The notes beneath the pieces were generated by a model, which worked only from the letters and a program-made list of their open reading frames with translations, made no database searches and was not told the origin of the DNA. The position numbers and the translations under genes are program-made. This document shows, piece by piece, positions 27,123-40,494 of a DNA stretch of 64,000 nucleotides (its first letter is position 1; every line of letters starts with the position of its first letter). The DNA comes from Octopus sinensis. Taxonomy: Eukaryota. The stretch lies in NCBI RefSeq assembly GCF_006345805.1, contig NC_042998.1, forward strand, positions 132,618,001 to 132,682,000. Direction: 5' to 3'.

Positions 27123-27666
27123 GTAGGTTTGGTTGAATCGTTAAAATCGTAAAAGCGACGGTATATCATTGTCTCTTTACGTCGTGAGTTCAAAACCCGC
27201 CTAGTTGGCACAGCCTTTCATCTTGTTTGGCAGTGATCAACGGTTATATATAATAAAGGTTTTTGCTCTTAAAAGTGGTGAACTGTACCTATATAGCTAT
27301 TGTACATATATAATTATGTCCAATGAATAGATAGGCGAATAGTGTTTTTGCTGTGTGTTTGTGAGTCTGTGCAGAACACTTAAACAGTAAACTGTCTGGG
27401 AATTTAATCCGCAATAGATTAGTAACTTATCCAGGGAGAGATCAGTCTTTTATTCATTTCTTGCTAAGAAACCAGAGTTAATCACTGGTATATTCGCTTG
27501 ACATTTTTTCAGTCTCTCCATGCTTAGCTTGCAAATATCTATGAATACTGCTGGTCCTCATCTAGCTAAATATTTCAAAGACGGACGAAAACTTTCCATT
27601 AAATTTTCGGCTTATATTTTGCATGTATGATTAACTTGACCATATATGCATATATATGTATGTGTG

Positions 27667-28086
27667 GGATCTTTTCGGTTTGAACGGCATTTTTAACATA
27701 ATTTCTAGGTAACTAAAAATTTTAAACTTCGTATACTGGTAGAATGTGTTTATAAAACATCTTTTCTCTTGGTTTTATTGAGAAAATTCTATAGTTTGTA
27801 AGATATTTGTTGTTGTTTTTCTTCAATTTCTGCAATTTCAACCAATCACTGACGTCTATTGAGGTAAAAAAAAGCATTCTGTGCCGTATGAATATGTCCC
27901 TCGTTTAAGAAACAGATTGGGTTTATTTACATTTGTGAAGAAAAACAGATACCCTTCCCCCCACCCCTAACTAGCCCTACCCCTAAAACAGATTGAAATG
28001 CAATAGATCGATACTAGGGTCATAATTATGGGTGACAATTTCATATGACACCGCTAGAAAAACTACCATTCAAACCGAAAAGATCC
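27667..28086. mobile_element. 420-bp MITE / non-autonomous DNA transposon
   Basis: Terminal inverted repeats ggatcttttcggtttgaacggca / taccattcaaaccgaaaagatcc (21/23, outer 18 perfect); no ORF; flanked by TA/TG microsatellite. Superfamily unassigned. Confidence 0.85.
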
Positions 28087-28115
28087 TATGTGTGTGTGTG
28101 CATATGAATATATAT

Positions 28116-28162
<47 letters not shown>

Positions 28163-31100
28163 TTTTTTAGTGTCCCAATTTGCAATGATACATGCGTTGT
28201 AGTTATCATCTTTGGAATTCAATAGAGTTAGTCATCGGTTAATGAACTCTTGGAGAGATGAATAAAAAATTTTAAATCTACTCTATTTCACTGTAGCAAG
28301 AGTTAAGTGTTTTGCTTGTGTCGTGTGTATGTCTGTTCGTGTGCAGTTAGATTGACACCCTTTCTTTCTAAACTATCCGTTAACACGATTAATTTTAAAC
28401 TAATTTTCGTTCTTGTATGTGTCTAATAAGAACTGTGTGTGTGGTAAAGGTATGTTAACAAAATAGTGAGAGTTCCTTTCGTTGAACTCGTGCTAACTTT
28501 TCATTGGAATCATTAACTCTGGCATGTATGTTTTAGTCGTGTGTAATGAATGGTATGGTGTGTGTGTGTGTGTGAGTGAAAGGCCTAATAGCTAAAAGGA
28601 GAGAATAAAAAAAGAACAAAATTAATGAATGGTTGTTGGTCTTTGTTTCTGTTATATTTTTATCACTGATTCTTTATTTTATGCTCTTCCCCTGCTTATT
28701 AAAAAAGTAGAACTGGAACTTAAGGTTGGTCATTACTGGCTGAAACGAACTCACTCACCTGTCTGCTTTCGCGTTTTTTTCTTCTTTTTACTTTTTCCCT
28801 CCTCTCTTCTTGGTTTAAGTTGTTATAAACTTTAGTCTTTCCATTTGGCGATTTTTCTTTTAGTTTTTTTTTTTTTATTATTTTATGTTTGCATCTTTTC
28901 TCTCATACAATCAACCGAACAATATTTTTTTTTGCCTTGTACTTCATGTGTGTGTGTGCATCTGTGTATGCATACGCGTTCATACACAGCTATTAATTGC
29001 ATAAATGTGGAATGCATGTGTGTGTAAGCGTACATATATATATATATATATGTATATAATACACATTTATGTATGTATTCAAATGTGTGTATGTGTATAA
29101 TGCCTACATTCATATTTATATATTTGTGTAAATACATGTCTGTGCGCGCGCGTAATGTGGTGTATACCTGCATACATACACGCGTGCGTGTGTGTGTAAC
29201 AATTGATACGGCTTCTGCTGTATTTTGTTTCGTTTTTTTCATCATATATTTCTTTCTACTTTTCTCATGCACTTACTGTATGAACATAGAACTTTCTGTA
29301 GAATAGGTGAAACTAAATTCTCATTTGTTCCTTGCTTTTACAATAAAAGTAAAAGCTGTATAAATCTGTACCTTCTGTGGAATGATCATTTTAACCACAC
29401 TGTCTTAACCATATAACCATACCTACGTCTACAAGAGTCTTCATGGATATCTATTCATTTGTGATGCCTTTATTGTTGTTGTTGTTCTTTTTAACTCTGA
29501 TTTTGTTGGAACTCCTGGAGTCTTGCATGCTTAGCAGGATTGCTACCTGCAGGCTACAGTACCACGCTATCCATTCTTTTCAACCATCTAATACTTTTCT
29601 GATGATTCTGGCTATGCCAAGAAAGTAAACCTTTTGGAACAGTTCTACTGGGCTCTCTATTTCCATTTTCTTTGCATTCCTCTTGATACCTTCTGATTCT
29701 GTCCCCAAAGACCCAACACAATAGTTAGCAGTCTTCACATTCTTTATTTTCCACAGTTAAACTATTTCATATTTTAAAAGGCTGTTATATGTCATTTGCC
29801 TATCACAAACTTCTATTTTAATAACATTATAAAAACATACTGATAAATCAGCTGGCAATGTGTGTGATAAAATGGGATAGAGAACTGAATGTAAGTCATA
29901 TGTGACGCCAAAGGATCACGTGGGTAACTTTGCAACTCCATCCGCCATAAATGCCAACTGGTAAAACTTGCAAAAGTTTAATATATAATGCATTTTAACT
30001 AGCTTCAACTCTAAAAGTAAGCATACTTACTACAAATGCTATGGAGGACAAAGGGGGAAAAAAACAACAAAAACAAAACGACAAACAATCTATTATGAAC
30101 TAGTTAAGGGAGTCAGTGAGGTAGCTTGTGCACTGTTGCTCAGCCTGTTAGATATAACACTCAAATCTCCACACCTGATTATCTTAAAAAAAGGAAAACT
30201 GTAAGGTCACAACTAGGGCACCTTCAATCATTAATCCACTCTTTTGCTAGTTTCAGCTCAAGGGCTGCGGTCATGCTGGAACACTGCCACTAGATGTGAT
30301 ATTTTTTTTGATCTATGAGTAGTTCATCAAAACTTTCCGCACAAAAGCATTGTAGTTTGAGAAGAGACTCGGTTCTGTCAGGGACAATGAAATAGGTTTA
30401 AGTTACTTTTAAGTAAAGAAGGAAATGAACTGTTGAGAGGAGCGTGTGTGTGTCCCTTCTAGACTTAGTTGAATAAACATTTGACCATGTAGACTCAGGA
30501 GGACTATATGGAGATAACAACCTAGCTGTCTCTCCCAGTACGTATACTGTCATTAACAAAATAACTTAAGAAATGAATCCAAGAAACATTTCAAGAAGTT
30601 CGGCTTCAGTTATCAGGTGAAATTAACTGAACTATAGTTAACTTCCTTGTGGGAGTTATGCCCTATATTTGAAACACAAAAACAAGCTATATAAACATAC
30701 ATTCTCTATATTATGAAATTTAATTGTTGTGTAATTCCAGATGAGCTCTGACTGTTCAGATCTATGGACATGTTGTTGGCAGAATGACTTAATGTCCAGA
30801 TATGACAAACCTTTGTCTTGTTGCTCTACTACACATTCTGATCTGCAGAGGTTATTTATTCCCAGATCAGCTCTCTGACCAGACCTCTGGTCTAAGACAC
30901 TCCAACTATGACCATGCTATCATTTCAGGAGTGCCTCAGAATAACATTATGTAATGTATACTTAAAATCTTATGGTGAGATTTGAGGAAAATTTGACCGT
31001 TATTTCTAGTAGATGTCTTTTGCTGGCTTATAGAGATCCTTTTACTATTGAAGAAGTACCAAAAAAAAAAAAAAAATATATAAGACCAATAGTTGTATCA

Positions 31101-34100
31101 TTATAGCAAAATACTCACATACATACCATGTGCACTTCTGTAATCGATGCAACATACGTATCTTAGTATAGCTGGAAGTTGCATAATAAGCTGTTCTACT
31201 ATAAAAACTGATACTCACTCACCATATTATAATGACTATGGAAAATGTTTACTACGCATGACTGAGGTGGTTTGGGCTGTAGAGTTGAATTCAACACTGC
31301 AAGCTAATGGGAAACATTCATTGATCTTGCAGTATTGCTGCTCTGTTGCGCCACGCTCTATGAGCTAGGTCGTACGAGAGTTAAGCGCCTTAGCTGCAGA
31401 CACAACATATTGTTGGTGACAGGATATTGATTGGTTATATGGTACTCTGATCACTCAGCAATTCTACACACACTGATATAATTATGTACACACACACACG
31501 CACACGCATAAAGGCAGACAAAATATCAAGACTTAAAAATGTGTATTGATTGATGGACAAAAAGAATATGTTGCATATAAAAGCATATTTGTTGTTTATT
31601 AAGTTTGTTTACAAATCAATATTAGGGTTGTGTCCTTGATATTTTTTGTCAACACAGGATGACAACCTTGCAATTGATCATATTCAAAAGCTTTTTTTTT
31701 TTTTTTTTTTTGGATACCTATAAAAAGTGGGCAATGTAAATTGCTGCACATCTTGGCATTACTTATATAATCTTCTGAATAAAGCAGAGAGTATGGTCAC
31801 AGATGGTTTTGGTGTGATGAATTTTTATCAGGTAAAATGTTTTGCAGCACAGCTTGTTGACTCAGCTTTGTAGCATGTGAATGAATATGCTAGAAACATT
31901 AGATATGTTTACATATATTAAACTGGGTGATACAGCATTTCTAGCGACTTGACTATTTCCCAAACTCTGCTTTACTTAAATGACACAGTTTGGACATTTT
32001 TTCAATACATCTTTAATGATTTTGCTTAGGCAATGTAATACTAATAACCAGTTAGAGTTCAGTATACTTACACTTTGTAAAGTTTACCAGAGTATGATAT
32101 CAATAAACGAATGCTGAGAGAACAGGAGTTATATAATCATGTTCATTAACTTACACCTGTTTCTGTTATAAGTAAGTGTTCTCAGAGCTAAATGCTTGTA
32201 TAACATCCCTAGGTGCTGGATATCTTTTTTTTGCTCATAATGCTTTTGTGCTTTTTAGCACTATACACCTATACAAGATGCTCTCTCAAGATGAGTACCT
32301 CATCATCATGGCATAACTTACATATCCACTGCACTGTACTTACTCAGGCCTTTTGCACCATCATCATTTTTACATCCACTGTCCCATGCTAACACATTTT
32401 CAACACATTGTATCACCATTTATTAAATTCATTTGTCATCTCATTTGGAAGTTTGGTATTCTGTGATCTACTTTTATCTCTTCTATCTGTCTTCCTCTCT
32501 TTTGCTTTGCAGTTTCCTTCCTATTACATGTCATCTATTTCACCTGTCTATTATCTTTGCTATGTAATCACATGTCCATACCAATGTAGTCTTCATTCTT
32601 GCACATTACCATTTATTTCTCTTATTACTTACTGGTTTATCTCACAGATCCTCTGTACCATGCTGTTCATGCAACCAGTGGAGTGAATTTTCTTTATTTT
32701 CCTCTAAATTTTACATATCCTCTGTATCTACTTAGGGCTAAACTGCCACAAACAGTACACCTACTTTGCTTTTTTCTTTTTCTAAACTTGTATATTTCAT
32801 CACATTCCCTGTGAATGTTTTTAAACTGTTTCGATCACTTCTCTGTCCCACCCAGCCAAATGTGCTCTAACCCAGTGCCAGTCTGTAGTTTTGAGCGGAT
32901 GAGGGACAAATTTGTTTCTCAAAGGGGAGCTAGGATATTTATTTTATATTTAACTTTCCTTGTAGGAGGAATTAAACTTCATTTTGTTGGTTCTCCAAGT
33001 AAATATCTGTTGATTCTACAGTACTGCCATTGTTTGTAGAAACGAACTTTATATAACACTCTATCGTACCTACATAGAATTAAATGAACATAACTGTTGA
33101 GAAATCATGTTTCTTTGACACAATCAAGTGACGTATGAGTTGCAGATACTTTAGCTGGTTGTTCAGAACCTTAGAAAAGTTTGTACAAAAAGAAAATGAT
33201 AATAATAATAATAATTATTATAAAATTTTGCAATTTGCTGTGATCAGTTAAGAAAAAAAAAATCTGTTTCAGATTCTTATCCTTCTTCGGAATAAATCAA
33301 CTGATGTGTTTACTTTGTACAAACTTTTATGGATTGACTTTTGCTTACTGCAGACCACCTTCAATTTCCTTAATTTTATTTTATCTGTTGATTAAAGTCA
33401 TCCATATGCTGTGTTATAAACAGGATTGAAGAGAAGATTGAATTCATTATGTTTATAAATACATACATACACACATAATAATAATAATAATAAATGGCAG
33501 TCACTGCTGCAAGGTTTGAACCTGTGTCACTTTGGTTACCTGGCTAGGAGTATTAAATATGTGATCTAGTACTGTGCTCATAACTTGTGTAAGTGCTGGA
33601 TTTTATCCCTCTTTCTCACCTAAGTATGGAATGCCACCTTAATTAGTGCTCTGCTAAGTTCATTAGGGGCTGAATTAGGACTTTGCCTCTGCCTCCTATA
33701 AACTTCCTTCTCTCCTCCTCCTCTTAGACAAACATGTCTTACACACACACACAATCACTCACACACACTCTCCTCTCTTCCCCCTCTCTGTCAAGCCCCC
33801 AGTATCTCTCAGCCATTATCTTTCTTTTCTGTCTGTCTCCTTTCTTATTCTTATTCTCTTAGGTGAAGTATTTATCTGTGTATAAGCATTTATGTATGAA
33901 TAATTGTATGACAGTGAGAATAAAACCAGCTTGATGAATATCCAAAGGAAATCCTTTTGTTTTTTGTTTTTTTTTTATCATTGGCAGGGTAGTAATAAGT
34001 AGTAGAAATCTCTTTCTTTTCTTTTCTTTTTTTCTTTGCTTGCTTGTTTGTTACTGTGATGGTTGTAATAGTAGTTGAGGTGGTGGTGATAGTAAAAATA

Positions 34101-34589
34101 GAAAACAGTGTCCAGAGACTTTCAGTTGCATAAGTTTCTTTTCACAGCTACTCATTTGCAAAGCTACGCATACACTTGGCTAGGTGCCACTAATCTATGT
34201 AGTTAATTCCAAAGAACTAATAAAGACTTGTGCATGGACTTATACAAATGTATACACACACACACACACACACACACACTCTCTCTCTCTCTCAATATAT
34301 GGACCTATACTCATTCACTCAAGGTTTTAGATAAATCATTCATTTAACTATATCTCTTCTCTCTCCTCCTTTCTTCACTCTTCATTCTGCCTATTACCCT
34401 CTCTTTCCTCCTCTCCCTCCCACCACTCTTTGATTTTCTAAACTTTTACAAGCATTTGAAAGAATTTTTTTTTTTTTAAAGTTTTGAAAAAGGAATTTCT
34501 GGAAGCCTGATCTCAGAAGCCATAGCTTTAGTTACTGGCTAAAAACAAGGAATATCAGGTTTCTACACTAACATGTGATTGATGTATTA

Positions 34590-35132
34590 GACATAACATC
34601 TGATGAGGGAAGTGAAATTTTGAAATGGTTATTGGCATCATTTTGTTGGAAGCTGGTTGATCCTTTTGCTCTCTTCTGTATCCAGTTGGTACTTAGCTTC
34701 AGAATTCAATATTGCAATAATTCCAAAACTAAATGTCAATGAATGAGACTGTGCTAAAAGCAATCACCCCAAGCTGATGAAGAGTAACTAAAAAAAAATT
34801 AGTCAAAGTATCTAGGGGTGTCACCTAATTGAGTCTATAAAGTGTTACATGGTCGGATGAATAGGTGCAAGCTATATGATAAATGATTTGGGAGTAGGAC
34901 AACGTCACGTGATAGAATCATGTCACATGATTGTATGAATAATAACAGACAATTCATAATGTTTTATGCTGAGACAGCTGGAGTTGTCTCTTTTGACATA
35001 ATATCTAATGAAAGAACTGAAATCTTGAAATGGTTATTGGCATCGTTTTGAGAGAATTCAGTAAGTTGATTAGTCCTTTTGCACACTTTCATGTCCAACT
35101 GAGACAGTTGGTACTTAGCTTCGGAACTCAAT
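34590..35132. repeat. Diverged local direct duplication (34590-34710 and 34995-35132)
   Basis: Shared blocks ttgaaatggttattggcatc, tccttttgc and cagttggtacttagcttc in the same order. Confidence 0.85.
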
Positions 35133-36699
35133 GGACTGGAAGTTACACTCCTGGATGGTACACTAGCCTTTCACAAGTGACTAATACCATGCCACCCCTG
35201 CCAGCTAAGTTACACTTCAAGCACACCTACACACGTACCTTTACTTTGCACTTATATTCCATTTTCTGGTCTAATACAAACAAGCCACCTGATTGGCTAT
35301 CACTATCAAATACCACTTAAAGTCAGGACCCACATTTGGATTGATAGCCCCCTGGATGTTATTTCAGGCTTTTGTTCTTATTTTATGTGGCTGTTTGTGA
35401 TTAATTCTAATATATTTAGGATATAACCCTTTCGGAACAATATTCTTAATCATTTGTATTCTCTTCTAGTTTCAACCAGAGGGTTCAGGTCATACTGGAC
35501 CATTTGCCAGTGTTTCGATTAATGTTGAGGAGTTAAGGGAAACTAGCTCTTTCATGATGAAGTTACACATGGAGCAAGACAGATGCTTCAAAGCTTAAGA
35601 TATGATGGAAAGTTTTAAATCCAGATGTATTGATTTTTTTTTTATTTTTTTTATCAGAACTAGAACTGGTATTTAAAGGGTTGAAATTTTCCAGTTATAT
35701 TATTAGAATTACTGTCCTCTCACAGCTGAGCATGTCAAGTAAATTGAAATTTTTATATAGATATATAGATGTGCTGATTCACGTAAACACACTCTTCACG
35801 ATAAGTGTTGACTATTCTCTTCTTTGCTTGTAACTAGAGTAATAATTCATATTCAGTCTGATATTGTATTCTTTTATTCGTTTACTGGTTTCAGCCAAAC
35901 TGGCCATTCTGGGGCACCTTTGTTAAGAGTGTTAATTGATCATGTCGACACCATTACTTATTTCAGTTTCATACTTATTTTATCAAAGCACTAAGTTACA
36001 GATTTGACATAGCTGTTGTAGAGTTGGAGCCCTTTTACTCCAGTAAACATGAATATGAACACAAGCAGATACACACACACACACATTACAAAACAGGCTT
36101 CTACCCAGTTCATATACCAAATTCCACTCAAAGCATTGGTCACCTTGAGGCTAAAGTGGACGATGCTTAATATGCTACATAGTGGCATCAAACTAAATTA
36201 AATTGTCACAAAGCAAACTTCTTATTTGTGTGTGTGTGTGTGTGTGTGTTATTCTAGATGCATCCTGCTCAGCAGAACACTCCCTCCATCAGCTGTCAAC
36301 TGAAGATTACAGTTATTTTAGCCTTTTCCAAATGTGTCACTTCCAGCAGTACTGACCTGTACGGATTCTGCCCTGTAGTATGTTTTTCTTTTTCACTATC
36401 ATCCATTCAGCCACTTCACTGAATCAGGTGCAGTTGTATCCATTCCAACCATGCAGTTACTACATTTACTAGCCACTATCAACTTATTCTTTGTTCTCTG
36501 TAATTGTCTTTCTCTTACATCCACTGTGGATATTAGGAACCCAACTGCCAAGAACGTCCAAGGGAGATATGAAGATACTGGTAAATTGAGGCCTTAAAAC
36601 TTGCTAGGAAGAACTGTTTCATCTACTACAGCTATCTAGGCTTCCAATTCCTTGTCGGTCACATGGATGGAGGATATTTTTGTCAGGTTACTACTATTA

Positions 36700-37653
36700 A
36701 ATAGGGTAGGATAAAAATCATGTGAATGCTGTAAAAAAAACCTATCAAAACAGACAGTGAAGTCAGATGCAATCTTCTGCCCTGGCTAGTCCCTCTCAAA
36801 CTGCCCAACCCATGCCAGCATGGAAAATGGATGTTAAATAATGATGTCTACTGAGACAAAATAGATGTGTATGACTGTCCTTTAATTTAATGACCTCTCA
36901 ATTTTAGAAAACACTTGAAATTATTTCCACTTGTCTCATATGAAACTAATCTCAATTGCCATTTCATAATTATGACATAATTTTTAGAGATGGAGCTAAC
37001 TTTCAATAAATCAAGAATTTATGTTGTATGGTATTTGATATACCTGTATTTGTCTGCATTACTGATATATACACGATTGGCCACAGGCCACTCTATAAAG
37101 TGGTTGCCATTAGGAAGGGCATCAGACCATAAAAACCATGCCAAAATAGACCTCACTGGTACACTCAGTCCACTCTGCTAGGTGGTTGGTGTTAGGAAGC
37201 GCGTCTAGCCATAAAAACCATTCCAAAACAGACAGTGAGGCCTGGTGCAGTCTTCTGGCTTGCCAGCTCCTGTCAGACCATTCAACCCATGCCAGCATGG
37301 AAAATAGATGTTAAATGATGATGATGACATATATATATAAGAATGAGAAAGCTACAATTTTGTTTTTACTGCATATTTCTGAGTATTTATGTATCATTGG
37401 ATTCATACGCACGCACACACACATGCACACATGTTTCTCCTTCCTTTTGTGTGTACGTAGCTTTGTATTAGTTGGAATGCTATTGATGCTTTACAGGTTG
37501 GCAAACGTTTTCAATGGGATATAAAGATAATCCCATTAAAGTGTGGAGAAGAGATTAATTATAGTGTGTTTATTAACCATATGCACATACACACGCACGC
37601 GCGCACACACACACACACAAGCCTATGTAAAGTGTGTGTGTTTATGTACATTT

Positions 37654-37684
<31 letters not shown>

Positions 37685-37755
37685 ATGTATTTATGTATGT
37701 GCATATGTTTGTCCATCCCATGCCAGCATGGAAAATGGACATTAAATGATGATGT
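36700..37755 (+). mobile_element. Cluster of family C 3' fragments (~36700-36848, ~37085-37326, ~37712-37755)
   Basis: Repeated ccatgccagcatggaaaat(g/a)ga(t/c)(g/a)ttaaat(g/a)atgatg tips. Confidence 0.75.
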
Positions 37756-38460
37756 TTGTATGTGTGTGTATATAAACACACATCTTACATTCAAGTTTAG
37801 AAATGGCTGGAAGTGCATGGATTTTCTCGGCAAAGAAGGTTAAGCTGACTCAGTGGTAAACAGGCAGTGGGTATGAGGTGAGTGCTCTGGCAAGGTTCCC
37901 CTAAAAATAAGTAAACATAAAACTAAGGTCCTCCCTTGTGGCTTCACTTGTTTTTGTATGATGGTGGTTGTGGTAGCAGTAATGGTAGGGATGTTGCTAG
38001 TCATATGTTTGACAAGAAGGGCTCCAGGTTGTCATTAAAATAATATGATATAGCAGCAAACAGATACAGATAAGGTAGCTATCTGATCTCTTGGTTTGGG
38101 TTCACATGTTCAGTATATTCTGTAATACCCCAATCATCACTCAGTGAATTGCCAAATGTACTCTGCCAAGGTCCTTGGAAAGGGTTTTTTTTCTTTTTCT
38201 TTTCTCTTTCTCTGTCAAGTCTATGAAACTTAGTCCATTGCCTCTCATCTGAGACTAACTAAACATATTAATGTGATTCTTCCTACTGTAACAATCCATG
38301 ATGGAGGGTTTCTTGTTTCGTTTGTCTATTAGTTTCAAAAGTATCACTTTTGCTCTAGTGATTAAACCATAGGAAAAAAACATGGCCAGGCCAATCTCAA
38401 AGCATAGCTTGAACAGTTAAACAAACTGGAGGCAATGAGGTGTGCATGAAAGTCACTGCT

Positions 38461-38626
38461 TTAATCTTTTAGCATTCAAATTATTCTGTTAAGTGTGAAA
38501 CTTATTTTTTCACGAGATTTTGATGATGTAATTATTTAATTTTAGAAAACATTGTTGGGTAGGTGTGACATTAAACAGGTAGATTATTTGGGCTGGATGT
38601 GGTTGGTTTAAATGTGAAAGGGTTAA
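38461..38626. mobile_element. Degenerate TTAA-flanked MITE (piggyBac-like termini)
   Basis: Ends ttaatcttttagcattcaaa and (reverse complement) ttaaccctttcacatttaaa, about 15/20 matches. A weaker similar pair lies at ~2230-2415. Confidence 0.4.
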
Positions 38627-40102
38627 AATGTTTATGAAAGAAAGCGGAAAGCCCCTGTCTTAAAATGTTGATCCTTGCTTCACGTTACTACTCAGCATAC
38701 AGAATCTTTCTGTTTTAACTTCCAATCTGATTATTTCCATACAAATTCCTGATTGTCAGATGAAGGTCAGTGCTTCTGACCCTTACTGTCTGTCCCAGAT
38801 TAGTGAGGCTGGTCTGGTTAACTAGCCAACCAGAATATATGAAAGTCAAGGGCAATCCAGGCACCCAAGAACTAAATAGATGACAGTAGTATTAAAACCA
38901 GATGGCATGTTGTTAGACTACTGAAGATTCTCTTTAAAATTTGGAAGATTTTATACTAGAAACTTTTTTTTCAGTATGCTTCTAAAATTAAAGAAAGCAA
39001 CTGATCAAAGTCTTTCCTTATTTGATACTCAAGTCATAGCCAGTTTGTCCTAAATTTTAAGAACCTTAAGTTTGTCTGTCTTTCAATAATTTAAAGGTAG
39101 TTGGGAGTTAGATCTTATGGGAAATCTGTCTACTATTACTGCATGAAGCAAGTTGAGTGACAGTACTGATGTAACAGTTAGCAATAGTTAATACAAGTAA
39201 CTAATAGCATCAGTAGTAGAAGTAGTAGCCATTTTAAACGAGTTGCTGTTATTAGCTGATGGAAGGGTTAAGTGAATTAACCGGCTTAGAGTAGTTAGCA
39301 GCAGCACCAGTAGTAGTTGTAGTGGTTAGTAGTCATTATATTGCTTGTGAAGGGATATTTCTGTATTAACAGCTTTTACTATTATAATAGTTAAACGATA
39401 TTTTTGCTATTTACACTCTCTTGGCATTTACTGCTGATTATGAAAGGGTTACTAGCCATAGACTCACACACTCTCTCTTCCTCTCCGCCTCTCCCTCATA
39501 TATGTTTGTATATTATTGGGTGGAGTAACGGTGAAATTTAATCCATAACATGGTTCTGTGTGGATATCCAAATGGACACTAGCAATTTTCTGTGGATGTG
39601 TGAATCAGGGTTAAGAATTAATTTGCACTTGTAATACATGACTCCTATGAACTATGTGTATATTGTTTATATTGTGCGTGTGAGGCAGCAGAATAGAACA
39701 CACACAAAGTGCACACCAATTATCCAATAGTGAGGAAGTGTAAAGAGAGTGGCAGTTGGTTGATTTGTTTTCGCAACATAATGCCTGTATGACAATTTTC
39801 ACACTATTAAAGAGCCTCTATATTTAAAATCTAGAAACAGGGACCAAATTTGCCTCAAATCAAACCCACCATCTTAAGTAGACAGATTAGTTAGCAGTGG
39901 AACACCCTTGATAATAGGCCTACTGGATCAACGCCCAGGGTTAAACAACAGCAATATCAACAAAATTCTTTCAAACCACACTCCGCTTTCCACCAACCCA
40001 CTCCTTAAAACTATTTCATGGTAATGGGAATATGTCAAGTTTAACAATCACTATTACTGTGTTCTGCACTTGCTGTAATTAGATCCTGTGTCCATGGAGA
40101 CT

Positions 40103-40285
40103 CATCATCATCATCGTTTAATGTCTGCTTTCCATGGGTTGGACGATTTGACTGAGAACTGGCAAACCAGATGGCTGCACCAAGCTCCAATCTTGATCTG
40201 GCAGAGTTTCTACAGCTGGATGCCCTTCCTAATACCAACCACTCCGAGAGTGTAGTGGGTGCTTTTACGTGCCACCTGCACAGGA
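40103..40285 (-). mobile_element. Family C 3' fragment
   Basis: (ATC)n then gtttaatgtctgctttccatgg...ctacagctggatgcccttcctaa; aligns with the 44463 copy. Confidence 0.85.
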
Positions 40286-40494
40286 GCCACAGAGAGGAAA
40301 AAAAATCAAAAGCATAGGTTCATTGTTTGCCAATATTCTGTGCTCCATTTCAGATTTATGCATGTTTCCATGACACAGACAACTTTAATTTATATTGTGT
40401 GCATGAGTGTGTGAGAAAGAGTGAAAGGTATGTTCACATATACAGTTCATTATAAGATCAAATACTATGGTTACTAAAAATCCTACTACTGCTT

